Positions 25,295 to 35,556 of a stretch of 37,439 nucleotides of DNA are shown piece after piece. The notes below the pieces were generated by a model, which saw nothing but the letters and a program-made list of their open reading frames with translations, was not told the origin of the DNA and did no database searches. The stretch is from Octopus bimaculoides (lineage: Eukaryota). The position numbers and the translations under genes were made by a program. Positions within the stretch are counted from its first letter, which is position 1, and each line of letters opens with the position of its first letter. Where the stretch lies: positions 24,042,390 through 24,079,828 of the forward strand of contig NC_068982.1 in assembly GCF_001194135.2 (NCBI RefSeq), given 5' to 3'.

Positions 25295-25530
25295 GTGCAC
25301 ACGCATACACGCACATGCAAACGCAGTTACACACACACACATGCGTGCGCTCACGCAGGCATACACTCCCGCGCATATACGCATATATATGCACACGCAT
25401 ATGTATATATACATACACACATATATATATATATATGCACACACACACACACACACACACATGCACGTGCGCACACACACATGCACACACACACACACAC
25501 ACACGCACACATATATATATATATATATAA
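25295..25530. repeat. Compound (CA)n/(CG)/(TA)n alternating purine-pyrimidine tract
   Basis: Direct reading; source of six overlapping spurious ORFs. Confidence 0.92.
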
Positions 25531-25922
25531 CACACCTCGAGTATGTCAGTTCAACTTTGATTATACAACTTGAGGTACCAGCAGAAAGTTTTCACACCTT
25601 TTAGCATATAGTCATAAACAGTTGGATAGCTCACAGCAGCCCCGTTGCTCAATGCGCGACATTGACAAGTCACAACAATGACGAAACATCGATGTCTATC
25701 GCTCTGTAAAGAAATAAGGTATTCTGACGAGAGCTGTCTCACATGGCTGTGACCTAATTTCGGGTGTTCATACAGCAATTGCATTGAGATTATATTCACT
25801 TTCCCCTAAAAAAACGAAGCATCCCGGTAAAGTAACCACACACACACACATACACTTCGTGTATGTCTGTCCGATTTTGTTAATATACACGTATATAATA
25901 ATTTATTTCCAAATGTATAAAC

Positions 25923-26047
25923 GCTGATAGAACAGCATAGGTTGAATAAAATATCCATACAAATCGAAAAAATATTCTGATGTCTAGACGCTGACATATT
26001 TTCCCGCTTTGTATGTATATTTCATCCATCTCTGCTGTTCTATCAGC
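25923..26047. repeat. Imperfect 125-bp palindrome (fold-back)
   Basis: Outer 15 bp perfect (gctgatagaacagca / tgctgttctatcagc); arms align at roughly 80% right to the central gtctagac. Confidence 0.85.
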
Positions 26048-27213
26048 ATGTGCATGTTTATGAATTTCTGGATAGTCATTTGCATGCAGTACTCTAATCC
26101 GAAAGTATATTGATTGATACTCCAAGGATATTATCTGGAATATTCAACAGCGTGGCACAAATGAGATACCATTATGCCGTGAAAAATATACCGATTAAAT
26201 AATAATTGGATAAAAAGTATTCTCTCGTTAAAAGTGAACAAAATATTTGTATTTATGGAAAATATCATAGTAAATCATGAAATACTTGCAAGCTTGGGAT
26301 TTACAAAAATCAGTTTATTTATCTATTTTTATTAGGCAGCCATATTATGCAGAAGTCCTTCGTGCAAACTTGCATTCATAATTATGTTTCATTGAGAACA
26401 TGCCGAGCCTCACGGCTCAAATAAACAATGTGCTCCCTGTAACAATGTACTGGTAATATTAAATCTCCATATTATCCCAATCCTGATAATTATATCATTA
26501 CGACGCTAATTTGTCTCCTTTTTCTACTCCATTTACTTGTGTATTTCATTTTAAACATTCTTTTTTGATTTCATGTACACACATGATGTTTTCCCTAAAC
26601 TACAGATTAATTTTTTATATTTGCTATAGTTACTTTATCTACATGACATCCTTTTCGAATATATTCTGCAGCATTAGTTGTGCTTTTAATATTAAAAAAA
26701 AAACATTCAATTGAAGTCTCAAATTCAAAAACTTCTCCGCATTGTTTCGTTAATTTTTTAAAATGTATTATAATCATATTCAATAAGATAATAGTATTCA
26801 AATATCCGCAAGGCTCGGTAGTTACATGTAGTAAATATGTGAAAATCGACAGCAGTAATGATGCAAGAACATTTAGGATTTAGAAATTAACGCATATATA
26901 TATATATATATATATATATANNNNNNNNNNNNNNNNNNNNNNNNNNNNNNNNNNNNNNNNNNNNNNNNNNNNNNNNNNNNNNNNNNNNNNNNNNNNNNNN
27001 NNNNNNNNNNNNNNNNNNNNNNNNNNNNNNNNNNNNATATGGACACATATACACTCACATACAACATAGATGCACACAATAGCAGACCCACATATATATT
27101 CAGACACACATGCACACGCACGCACGCACACACACACACACAGAGACACACACGCACACACACACACACACACACCATACACACACACACACATATATAT
27201 ATATACACATACA

Positions 27214-28057
27214 CAAGCTGGTATCAAAATGGTTCCAGGACTATTTCTGTAGCGCGTCATCAAATGGGTGCACGTACTGAGTGATTGCACTGTGTTTAGT
27301 TCTTATGTTGTGAAATATATGCTATTGAGATTACGTTTATGCAGTAGTCTGCGATTTTTGTCATGAACAGGAAGTTGGAACCAAGAGCCTACCTGAAATT
27401 TTGCATTAAAATTAGTAGGTCTGCCACAGAGACATTGGGCCTGCTTTGACCAGCTGACAGCGACAATGTAATGGGTCGTACGCAATGTTTCGAGTAGCAT
27501 GGACGTTTCGAAAGCGGCACGAAAGCTCAATTAGTAGAATGCGCCTCGTTTTCTCGACACCCATGGTACTGTACATCGAGAATTCGTCCCCGAGTATAAG
27601 ATCAGTGGGGGAGTTCTACAGCGGTATTTTAAAGATTTTTAATTTAGGATATTCAGCAAAAAGGACCAGATCTGTGGAGCGCGTAGAATTGCAATCTACA
27701 CGATGACAATGCACCATGTCACCGAACTGTCCTCACGCGCGAGTTTCTTGCCCAAAACAACATACTATCGATACGGCACCCACTTTATTCACCACATTTA
27801 AGCTCTGCATACTTCCATCACTTTTCCCAGATTAAAATGCAGCTCAAAGTTCACCGTTTTATCATAGTTGTCCAGAAGGAAAGTGACTTACACAAGGTCT
27901 TCAACACTCATACTGAAAACAACTAACTAACCGGTTTCCAAAAGTGACAGAAGCGCCGAGACAGTTGTATTGCTGCTCAAGATTCCTACTATTTCGAAGG
28001 AGATGATGTTAAAATTTAGGTAAATGAATAATTTTTATTAAATATAACAAGTTCGAA
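27214..28057 (+). mobile_element. Mariner-family DNA transposon, internally deleted and inactive (same family as 18647-19485)
   Basis: MNRKLEPRAYLKFCIKISRSATETLGLL, GRTQCFE, FLDTHGTVHREFVP, HDDNAPCHRTVLTREFLAQNNILSIRHPLYSPHLSSAYFH. Degenerate TIRs with a terminal TA at 28058-28059. Confidence 0.92.
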
Positions 28058-28833
28058 AACTTCTTGATTCTACCTAGTATATATATATATATNNNNNNNN
28101 NNNNNNNNNNNNNNNNNNNNNNNNNNNNNNNNNNNNNNNNNNNNNNNNNNNNNNNNNNNNNNNNNNNNNNNNNNNNNNNNNNNNNNNNNNNNNNNNNNNN
28201 NNNNNNNNNNNNNNNNNNNNNNNNNNNNNNNNNNNNNNNNNNNNNNNNNNNNNNNNNNNNNNNNNNNNNNNNNNNNNNNNNNNNNNNNNNNNNNNNNNNN
28301 NNNNNNNNNNNNNNNNNNNNNNNNNNNNNNNNNNNNNNNNNNNNNNTATATATACACATATATATATTATATATATACATATATACATGCATACATACAG
28401 ACATGCATTCATACACACACATATATTTATGTTTGCATGTATGCATTTATCATTTCTTCCTGAAGAAGTTTGAGAAATTAAATCGATAAAATTTATATAC
28501 AAATAACAAATAGCTAGGTATTTATATTTCATAAGAGCAAAACAAAACGCAAAAACAAAACTCACGTATGATGTTTAAATTTTAGTTTACTCCATGGCCA
28601 AATGTAGGATAAATATTTCAATAGATAGAAATAAAGTATTGTTCACTGCATCGAAATAGAAGAAAGCACCCAACATATAAGAGCTTCATAGAGTTAGATG
28701 AAAACACAAGTACAGTGGGTGAATTTCTAGTTTAGTTTTGTATCTCATTTAACGTTCTATTTAATATAATGTATGTGACCATCTTTACACGCATGCAGAA
28801 GTGCGCATACACATGTGTGTTTGTCTGCGAATA

Positions 28834-29011
28834 CAATTGTGTGCTGAAAAGTTCCTGGCTTTTATCGCGAAAGAGTTCTTTTACTGGGAATAGAAAAACT
28901 GAAGGTTCGCTTCAATAGGTGTGTGAATCTGCGAGGGAAATATGTTGAATTAAATCATAATTATCTGTTTTTTCTCTTACACAAATCCATAAACTTTTCA
29001 CCATCCACTGG
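28834..29011 (+). mobile_element. 178-bp mariner-derived MITE
   Basis: TA on both sides; TIRs match 21/29 (shared tgaaaagtt...tgg.ttt); the interior encodes the mariner C-terminus LGIEKLKVRFNRCVNLRGKYVE. Confidence 0.85.
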
Positions 29012-29239
29012 TATATATGGGTGGTCATATACATCAAAATACACATTAGGAAAGGACATCACCGACGAGTGAACAATACCTAAGCACACAACGAGAGATA
29101 AGTATGGGACAACATACCAGATGAAGTCTAACCCCTCCTCATTTTTCGACTGCGATATTACTCCTTCTTTCATGCTTTTAACGAAATTACAGGAAAACTT
29201 CATAAGACAGCAGCATCCAAAAATGTTTAAAATATAAAA

Positions 29240-30240
29240 TTAGTGGAGGGTCAGAGCTTCGAACGAACAAACGACAGTAGAGTGGACATACGGAAGAAAA
29301 CAACGGACGAGACAAACATTAAATTTCATTAGGCCAAGACGAATTGTAATGGGAAAGGCCTGCGAGAAATTTTGAAAGTATATAGGATAGAGAGTAGAAG
29401 AGTAAAAATCGAGACGCGAAAGAGATGATATCCAACTGGCTGGCCGTCGAACCCAGAAAAGACAGAGGGGAAGCGGGATAAGAGAGAGGATGAGGGAAAG
29501 AAACAGAGGGAGTGAGATGAAAGAATAAGATATGNNNNNNNNNNNNNNNNNNNNNNNNNNNNNNNNNNNNNNNNNNNNNNNNNNNNNNNNNNNNNNNNNN
29601 NNNNNNNNNNNNNNNNNNNNNNNNNNNNNNNNNNNNNNNNNNNNNNNNNNNNNNNNNNNNNNNNNNNNNNNNNNNNNNNNNNNNNNNNNNNNNNNNNNNN
29701 NNNNNNNNNNNNNNNNNNNNNNNNNNNNNNNNNNNNNNNNNNNNNNNNNNNNNNNNNNNNNNNNNNNNNNNNNNNNNNNNNNNNNNNNNNNNNNNNNNNN
29801 NNNNNNNNNNNNNNNNNNNNNNNNNNNNNNNNNNNNNNNNNNNNNNNNNNNNNNNNNNNNNNNNNNNNNNNNNNNNNNNNNNNNNNNNNNNNNNNNNNNN
29901 NNNNNNNNNNNNNNNNNNNNNNNNNNNNNNNNNNNNNNNNNNNNNNNNNNNNNNNNNNNNNNNNNNNNNNNNNNNNNNNNNNNNNNNNNNNNNNNNNNNN
30001 NNNNNNNNNNNNNNNNNNNNNNNNNNNNNNNNNNNNNNNNNNNNNNNNNNNNNNNNNNNNNNNNNNNNNNNNNNNNNNNNNNNNNNNNNNNNNNNNNNNN
30101 NNNNNNNNNNNNNNNNNNNCAGAATGTAAACAAACCAGTCAACCGACATCCAGCGACGTACACCGCCCGGTTTACAGCGTAAAAATCCCTTGCCAAAAAT
30201 TCATCCCCCATGTACATCAAGATTTCCTATCGGATCTTCC
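29240..30240. mobile_element. GC-richer interspersed-repeat-like block interrupted by a gap, class uncertain (possibly PLE)
   Basis: Composition shift relative to flanks and a gap not flanked by an SSR. The plus frame NIKFH*AKTNCNGKGLREILKVYRIE weakly recalls a GIY-YIG C-terminus. Confidence 0.3.
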
Positions 30241-30638
30241 TATAACGATAATATATTAATTAATTAATTAATTAATTATACCCGCCCACGCACACGCACC
30301 GCACACCACCACCCACATACCCACACCTACACCCACACACGCACATATACCTATACTTAGATACACACACCAATATATATCTATATGTATGTTTTATGTA
30401 TTTTTATGCATTTTATGTATTTTTTATGCATTGATTTTGAGCTCTATCTTTTAAGAGAGAGAGAGAGAGATAGACAGTCAGAGTCAGGCAGACTGACAGA
30501 TAGATAGTGTGTATGCGTATGTGTGTGTGTGTGTGTGTGGTCTTTTCTGTGTGTGTGTGTGTGTGAAATACTTAGATTCCAAAGTCATCTAAACTTTTTA
30601 ATTAGTGTGGGATTTTATTTTGTAAGGGAGTTAATCAG

Positions 30639-30889
30639 TAGGAGACACTACGCTGAAAATTTGGAAGAGTTTAATTTTACTGAAGCTTGAATTGTTGCAT
30701 TTCGTTGATGCTTTGAAGCTGGAAGCTGCAGAGTCGCTTGTATATTATCGAAATTTGATTGCGAGCTTCAACATGTATTCGAGTGTGAATTATTTCCCTT
30801 TTAAATACAAGCAAACAGTTGCAGAAAGAGCGTTGCTTTACATGAAATCAAATGGAGAGCTCATCAGAGATGATTTAGTTGATTCAGAA
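30639..30889 (+). CDS. Candidate internal exon of an unidentified protein
   Basis: 83 open codons with many G-starting codons (GDTTLKIWKSLILLKLELLHFVDALKLEAAESLVYYRNLIASFNMYSSVNYFPFKYKQTVAERALLYMKSNGELIRDDLVDSE), GAA|GTAATG donor; the acceptor is weak. Confidence 0.25.
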
Positions 30890-31216
30890 GTAATGTGACA
30901 TACGACATTGCTTGAGATACATTTCTCGGGTTTGACACAACACGCTGAGTAACATATTATGACATAAGGTACAGTTTTATTTATACATTCATCGACGATG
31001 GATAATTGTAAAAAATGTATGTCAATGCTAAGGATTTTAACTTAGAAAAGTTCAAAGGGCAACACTTCAGTTCTCGACAGAGACACGAAGATTACCATTC
31101 ATTTAAAGCAGTGTCTTTTGTTTTCATATCCAGGTAAAGTTTCCTCTAGTGTAAAATGATACTTTGTTTAGACAAAAAGAACTTCGGAATAACAGAACAG
31201 TTGTTTTAATGGTTAC

Positions 31217-31507
31217 TTGCGTTGTTTATTGAGTTCTGTTTTCCTAATGTTTGGCATGTATTTAGTTCTGTATTACAGAGACAGTTTTGATGAAACTTAA
31301 ATTTGAGTAGGTGGTATAAGCTTGAATCCATGTCTGTAAACAAAAGTGAAAGATCCATCATAGCTGAATAGCAGCAGAAAAAGATAACTGGCATTATCCC
31401 TTGAATAAGAACAGTTTTAACTTTATATGATGCACTAAAGAGTATTTCATAGGAATTTTGATTACGAGCATTACAGGTCCACAACTTAGATGCAGCTGAA
31501 TTTTTTC
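31217..31507 (-). CDS. Candidate phase 1-1 exon with an LRR-like segment
   Basis: Lies within the gap-free, non-SSR ORF 31206-31526. Three possible phase-1 acceptors, GTAACC donor. LLKFKFHQNCL fits LxxLxLxxNxL. Confidence 0.22.
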
Positions 31508-31884
31508 CTGATGTCAGAAAGTGCATAGAAAATATTACTGCATTTCAGCTACATGTGTACTTTGGCCAGTGCTGGTATTCATTCTTTATGAGGGATGTGT
31601 TTATATAAGACCACGCAATGATCAATGCATGTAAGTTGTTTCGCAATTAAAACTCCTACCACACAAATACATATTATATAGACACACATTACACATACTT
31701 GCACGCATAAAATAATGATGTAATTAAACATTATTTCACCTTATATATAATTTTAGGTTTCATGTATTCATACACGAACAGACTGAATCATACATACTTT
31801 TACTCGTGCGCGCGTGTGTAATTGTGTTGATATATACTAAAGCGTATATGCGTGTGTACACACAGACAGACGCCCAGAAACACA

Positions 31885-31914
31885 TCTACATATATACACA
31901 CACACACGCACACA

Positions 31915-32004
<90 letters not shown>

Positions 32005-32010
32005 CATACA
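31885..32010. repeat. (CA)n followed by (TA)n microsatellite
   Basis: Direct reading. Confidence 0.95.
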
Positions 32011-33599
32011 TATAAGGGTATGTGCATGCGCATGTTTATGACAACTGGTAATTTATTGGAAACCTACTATGATTTTACTTGGTTTATTTAGACAGCTCTA
32101 GATTTTATTCTCATAATAAACGTCAAAAGGTGCTAATAACTAGCTTTGCCTGTCTTCAGTACATACTTGGTCATAAATAATGAAATTCCATGGAAGCTAA
32201 ATATACTTTTAGACTTTTATTTCGTTCTTATATCAATGTCACATGTGATCACTTGAACAAATATAGCAGGAAGAGAACCGCTTTGCATAGTGTTATGATT
32301 CATTGTCGAAATAGAATTATGAGTTTTAATATATAACATAATCAGACAGGTAAATATAGTTCAAACATTAGAATTTATCTCCTAGACATATTAATATTAA
32401 GCACATTGTCCCACCAACATATTCAGTATTTCACACAATTACATATAAACGCTACGAAATTCATGTAGACTCTTACTAAACAATCGGAAGTTATTTATTC
32501 TTACTAACTTCCAAATTTGTATTTATAGGAAAATATTGATTATGTTGCCTGATTAGAGTCTAGCTATTTAGAGGTAGTAAAGTTATTTAAGTAAAATATT
32601 GTAGTTATCATTCACCTACAAACATTCGTAAACTAAGCGATTAGTCGAGTCCGAGGTCGATACTCTCAAATAGCTCTGGAATTTGCTCTGTATATAATAG
32701 CTGATGCGCTAGCAAATATTTTGAGCCATGTAAATATCAAAATGCATCGTCTTTTGCCCGAAAGGAAAAGGTACTCAACTGTGCAGAGTTATAACTCATT
32801 TAAAGCTTTGATATTTTGTGGAATTTGATATCGGTATTATGAATCTTCCAATTGTTCATAAGAAACATTTTTGGAATTGTAAGCCCCAAATTTAAAGAAT
32901 TATGATTCACATTAAATTATATTTTATTAATGGGAATAATTCCTATTATAATCTATGTTTTTCATCTGAAAAAATGTAAATGAATGCAAGCTTACTTATT
33001 CTCATTGCATAAAACCTGGAGGCTTTCCATCTGTTGTCAGTGGGTGATTTAAGTAATTTTGAGCTGATGTTTGGTTGCAGATAAACGCTGTAGTTAAGGG
33101 AAATAAATATCACTCACCGCAGAGGTTTCGGTAAGGTATGCCTAGTAAGACAGAGCTTATTAACGCTAACAAGTAAACATTTTTGACGTAACATAATAGG
33201 AGATATGGAGCCAGACGTTTTCAAGTAGTGCAAGTTCTTTACGTTGAGCTAATGCTTGACGTAAATTTTGCAGTTCTTGATGCATTTCATCGCTTTTCCT
33301 ATTAAGATTCGCATACTGGAATTATTTCACTTACGATTCCAGAAATAGTACTTAAATGCCATACGCTTCAAATACACAAAACTGAATATAACTTTACTCT
33401 ACTATATCCAGAACATCGTCTATTGTCTTGCGCAATGGCACTTTCTTCATATTTCACAATACACTCAAAGAATGTATTATTTGTATTACGGGAAATATAT
33501 ATGTATGCACGTACATATATGTGTATATATATATATATATATATNNNNNNNNNNGGTTAAAGTATATATTTAAATTATGTCAGAAAAATGTTATAAAAT

Positions 33600-34570
33600 T
33601 TTTGGGGTATATAAACATTGTATTTGGAGAAATAACCGGTTTCGTGTTGTCTTTTCAAATTTCTCTACTTCATCGTAACATGTGTTCGCTCCCGTGTAAA
33701 CAAAAGAGTTCTAAATATGGGGGAGGTAATTAGGGATTTCTTCCGGTATAAGGGAGATAATCTAAATGTAGGAGGTGGTAGATTTTGATTAATTTACCAT
33801 GGATTGGTTTGTTAGGTTTTGTTCTATATTTTTTTCCTTCTCAGTGGGGTGATGAATTTCGTTATTTAAATGTGTTAGCAATGCTTAACTTTGGGTTTGT
33901 ATTTTGGAATGAAAAAGGTTTCCTTATTTAATATAATTTGTGTTGGTGTTCTAATGGCACATTGATAGAATAGAAAGATTATAAATTGTGGTAGCATTTG
34001 TTTTGCGCATTTCTCAATATGCTCACTAAAGGGTATCATTCGGTCTTCTGGGCATGCAATCTGCTGTCGATGCAGAGTGCATCTGCGTATGAGCGATAAT
34101 CCTGTGGACCCTATGTAGTTTTTGTGGCAGCCCGAGCATCTTATTACATAAATAAGGTTTTCTGAGGCACAAGTAAAGTCAGATTTAACTTTGAATTTTT
34201 GTCCCTCTTTGAAGACGAATTCTGAAACTTCTAGAATGTTTGGGCATGTTGCGAAATTTGGCCGACCACATTTTTTTACTTTTGCATCTGTTAATTTGGA
34301 AAATAATTTTGCCTTTGTGAGGATCTTTTTCAGTGATTTTGGTTGTTTGTAGCTTTTAATGATTTAGTGTGTGTGTGTGTAAAATTTCGTTTAATTTGGG
34401 GTTCTTATGTAGCATTGGTATGTTTTAAGGGATGATGGTGAAGGCTTCTTTGTTTCTGGGGTTGTATGTGGATATGTACGGCAGTATTTTCGGGGAAGGT
34501 GTGTTACTGTGTTTAACTTTTCTAAAGTTTTCTATGTCAATTTGTCACAAATTTTCTGAGTTTATAGTTT
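33600..34570 (-). mobile_element. Penelope-like element 3' part: RT thumb, Cys linker, GIY-YIG endonuclease, 3' region
   Basis: Minus strand KILPYISTYNPRNKEAF, IIKSYKQPKSLKKILTKA, KKCGRPNFATC, DFTCASENLIYVIRCSGCHKNYIGSTG...LNKETFFIPKYKPK. Confidence 0.93.
33875..34363 (-). pseudogene. Uninterrupted 162-codon GIY-YIG endonuclease frame of the PLE, absent from the ORF track
   Basis: Hand translation from ATC at 34363 to TAA at 33875 has no internal stop. LIY...YIG, R and E retained; a linker Cys appears to be Phe and the terminal Asn appears to be Lys. Confidence 0.85.
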
Positions 34571-34749
34571 ACTACCAATCTAAATTGTAAACCCATAGTT
34601 ATTCTCCAGTTATTATAGCTTTTACACAGAGTGAAATGCAAGACAAGGCATAAATAATGGTCATTATTTCTTTTCCTTTATTGTAGTAACATTGATTATA
34701 ATTCACTAACGAAAAATATGGAATGACAATTATTATACGTTGTCTCACA

Positions 34750-34799
<50 letters not shown>

Positions 34800-35410
34800 N
34801 NNNNNNNNNNNNNNNNNNNNNNNNNNNNNNNNNNNNNNNNNNNNNNNNNNNNNNNNNNNNNNNNNNNNNNNNNNNNNNNNNNNNNNNNNNNNNNNNNNNN
34901 NNNNNNNNNNNNNNNNNNNNNNNNNNNNNNNNNNNNNNNNNNNNNNNNNNNNNNNNNNNNNNNNNNNNNNNNNNNNNNNNNNNNNNNNNNNNNNNNNNNN
35001 NNNNNNNNNNNNNNNNNNNNNNNNNNNNNNNNNNNNNNNNNNNNNNNNNNNNNNNNNNNNNNNNNNNNNNNNNNNNNNNNNNNNNNNNNNNNNNNNNNNN
35101 NNNNNNNNNNNNNNNNNNNNNNNNNNNNNNNNNNNNNNNNNNNNNNNNNNNNNNNNNNNNNNNNNNNNNNNNNNNNNNNNNNNNNNNNNNNNNNNNNNNN
35201 NNNNNATATATATATATATATATATACGTGTGTTTGTGTGTGTGCGCGCGCGCGTGTATGTATTATGGATGTATATACTCTAAATAGTATTTGCTGGTAA
35301 TCGGAAAGCATTTATTAAAGTGAAGTGAATACATGTTTAACTTCTTCAACATTCCTTTCTTAGTGATAGTTTCCGTTACCGCCTTACTACATTTATTTGC
35401 AATCAAATAG

Positions 35411-35556
35411 CCTGCTGGATTTCGAGTAAAAAAGAAATGGCGTTTCATTGTAAATTCAGTAGCAAACGATGTTGCACAATCAATTCATGCCTCACTTCAA
35501 AGAAAGCAAATCCACCGGCTAGATGTGAATGAACATCCAATAACATTTCTACACCA
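35411..35556 (+). CDS. Candidate exon or coding relic (PAGFRVKKKWRFIVNSVANDVAQSIHASLQRKQIHRLDVNEHPITFLH)
   Basis: atAG acceptor, 48 open codons, CA|GTAACT donor just before an in-frame TAA. Confidence 0.17.

Noticed and set aside
26404-26425. gagcc-tcac-ggctc hairpin followed by aataaa
   Set aside because: A 5-bp stem that does not match the histone stem-loop consensus, with no adjacent gene.
484-32091. Many ORFs of 60-140 aa rich in YI, HT, CV or LSIY repeats
   Set aside because: They are translations of (TA)n, (CA)n, (TG)n, (TATC)n and (TATG)n microsatellites.
968-35311. Long ORFs in the track (e.g. 968-1936, 9983-11161, 12263-13090, 17511-18372, 29240-30220, 34723-35311)
   Set aside because: They span N-gaps, and X codons cannot be stops; these are artefacts.
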